This document shows positions 60,301-64,000 of a stretch of DNA of 64,000 nt, in pieces (position 1 is the stretch's first letter; every line of letters starts with the position of its first letter). Made by a program: the position numbers and the translations under genes. The notes beneath the pieces were generated by a model, which worked only from the letters and a program-made list of their open reading frames with translations, was not told the DNA's origin and searched no databases. Source of the stretch: a virus; IMG/VR virus record IMGVR_UViG_3300044638_008494, positions 1-64,000 of that record; one strand, 5' to 3'.

Positions 60301-60718
60301 GACGAGAAAGTTCCGTAGCAGCTTCGGCAACCACATCAAACGATTGCGCTGTGTTCCCAGCGATATCGAATAATGAAGCTCCAAATTTCGCTAAATTTCT
60401 ATCTGTCAAATTTAACAGAACATTAACATCTGCTAATTTTTTTTCTACATTTACAAATGTATTAAATAAAGAAGTAACAGCGCTTTGTATCGCAAAGATT
60501 GCACCAGCAGATGCAGCAAAGGCAATAACGCGCGCGTTCGCTGCGGCCAAAGACTTGTCGATTTCTTGTATTTGACCGCTAATTTTGCCCAATGGCTGTG
60601 CTGCGCCACCTGCTGTTTGAATATTTAGAGTAACACCTTGCTTGGCAACCTGATCAATTTGCCGCCTAAGTTTCGCGGTATTACCATCAACATCTACTCT
60701 GATATTTGGATTAGCCAT
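51392..60718 (-). CDS. tail tape measure protein (TP901-type core) with internal cargo-domain array
   Basis: 3108 aa; ELSRQG, LANVD..FAVS..DLA.AL.R.GS.A, G.VIGNSLKTIFTR core; coiled coils and hydrophobic Gly/Ala segments; follows tail tube and chaperones. Confidence 0.93.
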   Translation of the reverse strand: MANPNIRVDVDGNTAKLRRQIDQVAKQGVTLNIQTAGGAAQPLGKISGQIQEIDKSLAAANARVIAFAASAGAIFAIQSAVTSLFNTFVNVEKKLADVNVLLNLTDRNLAKFGASLFDIAGNTAQSFDVVAEAATELSRQGLGVEETLKRTEAALILTRLSGLDAAASVSALTAAINSFGGSALQATEIVNKLANVDAAFAVSSADLANALSRVGSSADDAGISFDELIALVTTAQQVTARGGAVIGNSLKTIFTRLGREKTQEVLGGLGIQSTDAEGNVKTQVQLLKELASVYDGLSATQKNYVAEQVGGVFQINVLKAALGDLGKEYSIYDQALKTSLGTTDQAIRRNEKLNETLSARGTRALANIQQAGGNIAGGLFEPAAKNVLNISEFLTGAVNNVDADSIGAKIGSGIISGIGNFIGGPGLALVTAAVVKLFAEFSRYGVEAFKSILGVNQAAKEQAVIQQSVVKFLQNNASIYKAISSGQASVASGAKAYLEIVKQQTIELQKQNSIAAQIAKTTASQVGVQNVGGKSFITQRGSKVKTAAGGFLPHLAAEQNNINNRVGDANPAKDRPVVMKNFPMGNNKKGTMVAHTGEWAVPNYGGGDGTAVWNREMKSKYGLPDGAKKISASGFVPNFAQPKNKKSLPGGTITGVQSSQVANKGLDTYSPFSFDIISIGSRSSFENQFDKQLNNLNSKDSKLSETAVKYFTRNGYSIKQIGQLKQNLLTNKEKVPSLLSGNTKLVNKDRQFTGVKNDLVGKYFERFAANRLGLQVAESKTARMDLLNSKGKPVGEVKFGTIDNDNLISKVIETNYGKSKKQNPPQKDNIFMPSNYKLVVPNAASGFIPNFAKSSKEGDEIIDLGDTRTSKALNGKVVSLIYPNISEGYTMAPGAGSYLGKKYKGLIPVAGINKDVIKGQLPDLKKNLGDLLVREANQFGQVLGGENFLKSPKDLPNYGAAEGAVGVAFEGGLITLLQQGLQKTSQNAGIDFRQERITPRLRKLFHGAPGMYDAKSSSGATNEVMQKLLNEAKPGAVKQVKSGPGFGKVQALRIKAIESIRKEGLVLRRGGARSQFEIEVEKRMAALQSSGAADGFIPAFAANPMMAGRNKFQAQWIKDFVKKNRLPQEALRDPDIVAKLGAIFAKKYPNQQGMFAMASGFIPNFADSPILEQIRNKSSFNFEEIKQKPAVEKRINKLYQQYPDLQYLGSGAESHAFKTGSKVLKLPTLDYKSPMQQRGKLRDIGSIDWAKATRQLKKTDSNLQLLPLRRVSGNSLVTSQRFAGNTFKDEINDYEVEKSLIAIVNSRFESAKRSVSEKPNWLQALALDTASSANFTFMRPLPKEAQIQAREGGISPEGLIKTNKVGLIDPIVFGHMAKRIASESQPNVGKFASGFIPNFVNIQAIQELMKRGATLGERSAAQSALARIQQGSLLKLGTPDKLNKFKELLYGSKSNAGFNLDAIKIGDLKYKPLVQGAKELGLSDKDLQSLASSPMAIKELRNYNQNIRKTSDMAASGFIPNFAKSDQYVKEVIALEESISGKKAVIDDKPFLHVRNKSQPSFASAMRQHGGKNRAMKDSAEMQKGAGLLASSGFIPNFAAGDNETNFTSGATNFTSGATDFTAISASISGLLFSLAFFGGQLDDGAKELRKLKGELKSTGQTLDQAFESNQQRINRQNKLLQKLDIQENTARQNPTLYNAQAGTWTDTGMAGQIEREKRRERVARDQAKSEERAATIQSAINKRSLTKRERFDEFAKNKGLGLGFALQTASGIGSQIAGGDQTVAGSLLTGLGNIGGFAGAGAAVGGGAPGAIIGGIVGAALSAKPIVDALALSINGLGDASQRVQKATENAQRAQESTQGLLIAREKLSDLTESNAPIKDITRAENEYLRQLSKLPPSIQNQISATNDVAKQQEILAKYIQDQTRGANIESLTTDIGKEFITSWTNIGKDQSKKIADSILSTFDYAGGEDVDTKGRIDMLNKVIPSVEKLKGFDAVRIGEEFDNILSMLKEGGEGTAEELEKLKEAFKKASPAELRGLSEDLSKNLKKRLEENQNTLRLEEQSRKNISQLPQVVQDYINNFRKNKNALDNSAKLIGSLNKILKIDIPKFNLGLATQTDTAIMQYRTPSFEQEAAIGAARIDQQSYIDFIEASKEAADTLKGSFVPQLQDNIKNADLTTSANRGEVVDLQNVSEQIAKAVTIEDIQKIDLSKLPKGLQDAYEKSLEDANFNLKQALQNIDFNNAAQKVQQAFDIAVGRFNDRMQKMQGYAGGVSGLSGFDPTQMEGTELRRAYQAGEIGPLKYKREMDKFEREQSIRRLEAMEALGIPENYQRGERSRLTAMLQDQSDEYLDAIGLGNLKGLGRANVVDMVNQQFGGMKPGQKFANPFNQAAEDLVKSIGYVGINMDKFSQQAFTGLQKEADNAAEKLLNLANCAQTAINALCPSTSGGAFSMQSNARGSATTNPPITSTAAASAIKAAMRGAATTGSVSGAGSAGGVGGVSGVGGSSGGNFTIISPAAAKAMEASQAQQDQAVAQNISILKQILNKLPNTNISGASSGPLGKSFQEIIKEIEEKNYQNVVRRKYNYGPDDPGADLLSWGDKYQTHQMFNEEGRMSGQWSQSMTKEQLTQWRADPNNKLAVDAMNKYGKEFADSLKENFSKYLKNELKVEATDTGRSVNQLAVQKSQNANSEIKNVDDFQQQLKSSIDALLAGQKISDDKMISVIQYLRDELKAGNTYDVTSLLSQMPYQAPNASRDGMLNKGIDGTMATDVMPIIKSVLENSLNPFAIKMIGAIDLNGDKIVSALEGSVMLGGSAENMREVLTPRPNFPQFPKPTLPPPQTFTQPDGSQGFYDPNFGEGGAGSVGMPLQAPKPFPYNNPAVSPYVPPTASPFTNRGVNPLVGQFADPQIQSPLQPIGGPLTRPYTPQSPLLSPAFPQFPKPTLPPPKMFPQPDGGLGYYDPNFNPESKPPIGVEPQAPMAPPKNIEQGKEEIRELKKSLDGSREAVNKNSGIVEEQTKQVQESPQREVSQQPVEDGGKEMTLNQDISFPVDISTDFKIDVSMSEEAIAEVGAKISEVQEQLRAELASAIDAVNRQIAGLQTKNGQTA
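51882..52235. repeat. 33-bp exact direct repeat (FPQFPKPTLPP) in Pro-rich tape measure C-terminus
   Basis: ggaggaagcgttggtttaggaaattgaggaaaa at 51882-51914 and 52203-52235. Confidence 0.9.
55862..55907. repeat. 21-bp tandem repeat (about 2.2 copies; TNFTSGA)
   Basis: tgttgctccagaggtgaaatt repeated exactly. Confidence 0.9.
55922..59080 (-). repeat. eight dispersed 30-bp/10-aa repeats encoding xxSGFIPNFA within the tape measure gene
   Basis: Copies at 55922, 56150, 56519, 57221, 57416, 58163, 58799, 59051; three share the identical 25-mer caaaatttggtataaaaccagaagc. Confidence 0.9.
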
Positions 60719-60788
60719 ATATTCCGTAATTTGTACCTTTTACCTAAGATAAATTACAGATTTTAAATGTAAAAATCGCTGCTTATAA

Positions 60789-61775
60789 TCAGCTCTTGCT
60801 AGCCAATTCGTATATTCCCATGCTTCCCTTTGTTTGGGATTCAGAAATTATTTTATCTCCCAATATATCACCGCCAGCAATGCTTTTAACGTCATCCCTA
60901 TCTCCAAATAAGAAAGTAGATCCCTTATTTCCTTTTTTATTTTTACTGGTAGATTCTACTCGTTTCCTATTCTTTAAAGATTCAAGCCATTGATCTAATT
61001 TATCGGGGTTATCGTAAACCCCATCTGGAATTTCAGCGTCAGAGTTTTTAATTATATTTTGATAATATTTCCCCCAAATTAAAACTTCATGCTGATTTTT
61101 TGTTAGTTTTATTACTGGCTTTCCAAACACTTCCATAGATGTGCTCCCTATATACAAGATATTTTGAAAATGATGAGATATGGCTGTTTTTTTTATTATT
61201 TTAGAAGAGAAATCGGATAAATATTTAAAATAGTAATATGTTGCCCAATCTAAGATATTTTCAGACTCTTCATCTAGATTTTTATTAAATAATAACTCTT
61301 TTAAATCTTCATTTTTAAATAAAAAATTTTGCAAGAAAAAATCAGAAGTTTTTTTTGTGGCCCACTCCTCTGATGTCATTACGATAAAGGATGATCTTTC
61401 TTTATTTAACTTATCTAATTTTTCATGCTCAGAATTAACTTGCTCGTCAATACGCTTTTTATCAGAATCATAGATTAGTTTTGATCTTGTTGTATTTAAT
61501 CTATTAATTGTTGATTTTAATATTCGAATTTGATTCTCTTTTTCTTCACTCCACCACCCATATTTGGATGCAAGCGCCACCTGATCTTCTTCTCCAAGTA
61601 TTCCATTAACGCTGGCTTCATTTAAAAATCTATCATAAATATCTCTTATCTGAAGAGACTCTGATTGGGTTAAATGCTTTAAGTATATTTTTCCGTAATT
61701 TTCTATTTGGTATACGGAATAGCCATTAGATATATCTTCAAAAACGGCCAATACATCAACACTTTGGCCACTCAT
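60789..61775 (-). CDS. putative tail assembly chaperone
   Basis: 328-aa helical protein between tail tube and tape measure. Confidence 0.55.
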   Translation of the reverse strand: MSGQSVDVLAVFEDISNGYSVYQIENYGKIYLKHLTQSESLQIRDIYDRFLNEASVNGILGEEDQVALASKYGWWSEEKENQIRILKSTINRLNTTRSKLIYDSDKKRIDEQVNSEHEKLDKLNKERSSFIVMTSEEWATKKTSDFFLQNFLFKNEDLKELLFNKNLDEESENILDWATYYYFKYLSDFSSKIIKKTAISHHFQNILYIGSTSMEVFGKPVIKLTKNQHEVLIWGKYYQNIIKNSDAEIPDGVYDNPDKLDQWLESLKNRKRVESTSKNKKGNKGSTFLFGDRDDVKSIAGGDILGDKIISESQTKGSMGIYELASKS

Positions 61776-61784
61776 AATGTTAGT

Positions 61785-62561
61785 TTATTCCTCGCTTGGC
61801 TTTGTGTCTTCTATTTTATTTTCTTTATTTTCTTCAGTATCAGCGGCAGTACTGTCATCTGCTGATCGATTTGACCCAGAATCGCTATCTTTAAAATCTT
61901 GCCAATTCGAGATTCTGTTTAAAAACCAAAGCGTAATTAAATAATTAAATCTTTGACCAACCTTTATAATAAAGGCTTCATCTTCATTGTCTGGATCAAG
62001 CTGATCATACCAGTCCAGCATTTCATCGTAATTTTCACCATTAAAAAACTGCTCGTCTTCGCTTTTATAAGCTAATTGTGTTAACCACCATTGGATGGTT
62101 GCATTTCTTGCCTTAGCCTCTGCCGTATTTTCAAAAATGTAAATTTGCTCAAGCTCAAATGTTTGAATCTCCCTTTTTGATTCTTCAATTTGCAATTCAA
62201 GTTTTGCTTTTTGAAGTTTTTGTTTATTATCTAATTCGGGCAATTGGTTTAATTTGTTCAACTCGATACTTGATTCAAAAAATGTTCTTTTGGCTTTAGT
62301 ATAATCCTCTGCTTCAGAGTTTGAAATTGTTCCTCCTAAGTTTTCTAAAATAGTATTCCAAGCGGCTTTTGGCAATAGGCCAGCCTTAACAAAGCTCGCT
62401 AACTGTTTTGCGTATTCAACTTCGCCAAGTTGCCGCAAGCTTCTTGATGGTTTTAAAATATAAAATCTTTTCTCTTCATTCTTATTGTTTTTAGCAATGA
62501 ATGAGTAAATCCATTTTTTAGTATCAAAGTCCGGTTTATCCTGCACATCATTATTATTCAT
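61785..62561 (-). CDS. putative tail assembly chaperone
   Basis: 258-aa coiled-coil protein between tail tube and tape measure. Confidence 0.55.
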   Translation of the reverse strand: MNNNDVQDKPDFDTKKWIYSFIAKNNKNEEKRFYILKPSRSLRQLGEVEYAKQLASFVKAGLLPKAAWNTILENLGGTISNSEAEDYTKAKRTFFESSIELNKLNQLPELDNKQKLQKAKLELQIEESKREIQTFELEQIYIFENTAEAKARNATIQWWLTQLAYKSEDEQFFNGENYDEMLDWYDQLDPDNEDEAFIIKVGQRFNYLITLWFLNRISNWQDFKDSDSGSNRSADDSTAADTEENKENKIEDTKPSEE

Positions 62562-62566
62562 ATTTA

Positions 62567-62806
62567 TTACTTTCTATTATTATCATCATTAATAAACAAA
62601 AAATCAAAATTTTCTAATTCTTTTGTTATATCTCTTATTGTATTATTTCCGTGATCAAGAATTCTCTTTCTAATTTTTTGAAATTCTTCATCTGACATGC
62701 GGCCATCAGCTACAATATCTTCTAATACATAGATAAAAGACAAAAAAAGCCTAGTCACAGACTTTTTAATATATCCGAGTACAAATTCTTTTATATTAAA
62801 TTTCAC
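62567..62806 (-). CDS. small hypothetical protein (GTG start)
   Basis: 79-aa ORF, RKRILD.GN motif. Confidence 0.65.
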   Translation of the reverse strand: MKFNIKEFVLGYIKKSVTRLFLSFIYVLEDIVADGRMSDEEFQKIRKRILDHGNNTIRDITKELENFDFLFINDDNNRK

Positions 62807-62847
62807 CTTTAAAAACCTTTTACCTTACATGGTATTACACCATAAAA

Positions 62848-62880
62848 TAAAAAAAGGGGCAGAAACTGCCCCTTTTTTTT
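62848..62880. terminator. bidirectional intrinsic terminator after the tail tube gene
   Basis: A-tract GGGGCAG-AAA-CTGCCCC T-tract. Confidence 0.85.
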
Positions 62881-62899
62881 GAATTTATTTTGTTTATAA

Positions 62900-64000
62900 T
62901 TATACCAAAGCAGCTGCTGGAAAACTTCCAGACAAGAAGATACCACGTTGATTATCTTCTGGGCCACCAATTGGAACTTCAAAACTTGCAGTTAGCGTAG
63001 CATTGTCTCCGATTGATGTTGACAAGCTTTGACTTACAAGCTTAGCACCTTTAAGTGTTGCGCTCATTGCCAAATCTCCTGCACCAGAGCAGTCGATCTT
63101 CTTAAGCTTTAAGGTTAAATCGTATACTCCAGTATCGCAAAGAAGGCTAGAAATATTTCCATCTGAAAGATTTCCAACTTCAGCATCTATATCTAGCGTA
63201 GCTGTAACTGGAAAGTCAATTTCTCTAGCAAATGAGAAGCGGCTTCCCAATTTGTTCAATGGCGTTCTTGCTAAATCAAAACTCATGGTTGCTGATTGAA
63301 CTTTCAAGTCAGAAGCTGAGTACCCAATGATTCCAGTAATATCGATAGTAGCATCGCCTGGAAGAAGTGCTGTTGGTTGTGCGCCATAAGCGTTTGTTTT
63401 GTGCTGAGGCAATCTGAATGCCTGTGACGTAATTGGCAATCCATTTACTGGATTAACAGCAGGAACATCGTTATTACCATCAACTGATGAGTAAATTCTA
63501 GCATTAAGTGCTTCCAAATCAACTGTAGCTGTTGGAATATCGCCCACTGCAACATTCAAGCTATATGAAGTAACATAACTATTTCCAACACCAACAACTC
63601 CGGTTACCCCTGCATAGTTTGATGCGTCACTACCTTCAGATGCGACTAAAAGATATAGATTTTTTTCGTCGGTTGTCTTTTGAAGAATATCTTTTAAGCA
63701 TGAAACTTGTGCTTGGGTTCCTGTAGCAACAGTTAGTCCTAGCAATTTTTCATTTAAACCATCTGTTACATAGTAAGATAAGCTTGCTGAAACTGTTGGG
63801 GCTTCTGTGTCAAGACGATCAATTGCTGCAAGATTTCCAAATTGGTTAATATCTTGTAGATTTCTTGTGAAATCTGAATCAAATGATTGAACACGGGTAA
63901 GCTGTTTGATATCAGCTGATCCGGTTTGCGCCACTCTAGCACCGTTTGTTCCAGTAGTTTGGCTTGCGAATACTCCTAGTGATTGATATATAATGCGATT
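62900..64000 (-). CDS. major tail tube protein, 5' end outside window
   Basis: Frame stays open to the window edge (NRIIYQSLGVFASQ...), so the true start is upstream of the 63934 call; beta-rich, strong terminator, precedes chaperones and tape measure. Confidence 0.75.
   Translation of the reverse strand, partial: NRIIYQSLGVFASQTTGTNGARVAQTGSADIKQLTRVQSFDSDFTRNLQDINQFGNLAAIDRLDTEAPTVSASLSYYVTDGLNEKLLGLTVATGTQAQVSCLKDILQKTTDEKNLYLLVASEGSDASNYAGVTGVVGVGNSYVTSYSLNVAVGDIPTATVDLEALNARIYSSVDGNNDVPAVNPVNGLPITSQAFRLPQHKTNAYGAQPTALLPGDATIDITGIIGYSASDLKVQSATMSFDLARTPLNKLGSRFSFAREIDFPVTATLDIDAEVGNLSDGNISSLLCDTGVYDLTLKLKKIDCSGAGDLAMSATLKGAKLVSQSLSTSIGDNATLTASFEVPIGGPEDNQRGIFLSGSFPAAALV

Noticed and set aside
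50555-60575. Numerous short plus-strand ORFs opposite tail and tape measure genes (and similar ones elsewhere)
   Set aside because: Shadow ORFs fully overlapping long genes, with no recognisable motifs
61760-61800. Programmed frameshift joining the two tail chaperone genes
   Set aside because: No clear slippery heptamer near the first stop; the second gene has its own ATG
1-64000. Stop-codon reassignment
   Set aside because: Standard-code ORFs tile the window densely and TAA, TGA and TAG all end genes

Overview
A 64-kb, AT-rich segment of a large tailed dsDNA phage genome (Caudoviricetes-like, standard genetic code, host not determinable from sequence). Nearly all genes are on the minus strand; one block (34.9-39.7 kb) is on the plus strand. 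Left to right: a partial tRNA(CAT); a replication/recombination operon (Pol III alpha split into PHP, DEDDh exonuclease and core genes with a ClpP gene between them, PD-(D/E)XK nuclease, primase, DnaB, dNMP kinase, NDT-family enzyme, T4-BGT-like glycosyltransferase, RecA/UvsX); putative virion genes; a free-standing group I ribozyme plus a 135-nt structured RNA; nucleotide metabolism (dUTPase, dCMP deaminase, class II RNR); a large glycan synthesis/methylation gene set (Gmd, about 9 glycosyltransferase-like and about 5 methyltransferase-like genes); SSB-like protein and sigma factor; and a tail module ending in a 3108-aa tape measure protein, chaperones and tail tube. Two candidate novel systems stand out. 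(1) The tape measure protein carries in-frame cargo cassettes (two PD-(D/E)XK nuclease-like, one protein-kinase-like, others) delimited by eight copies of an xxSGFIPNFA motif. (2) An ORF-less group I ribozyme lies outside any recognisable gene; its guide sequence can pair with either an upstream hairpin-sequestered site or a downstream site, and the latter would circularise a 135-nt GC-rich RNA. All family calls come from reading motifs by eye; no database searches were run.
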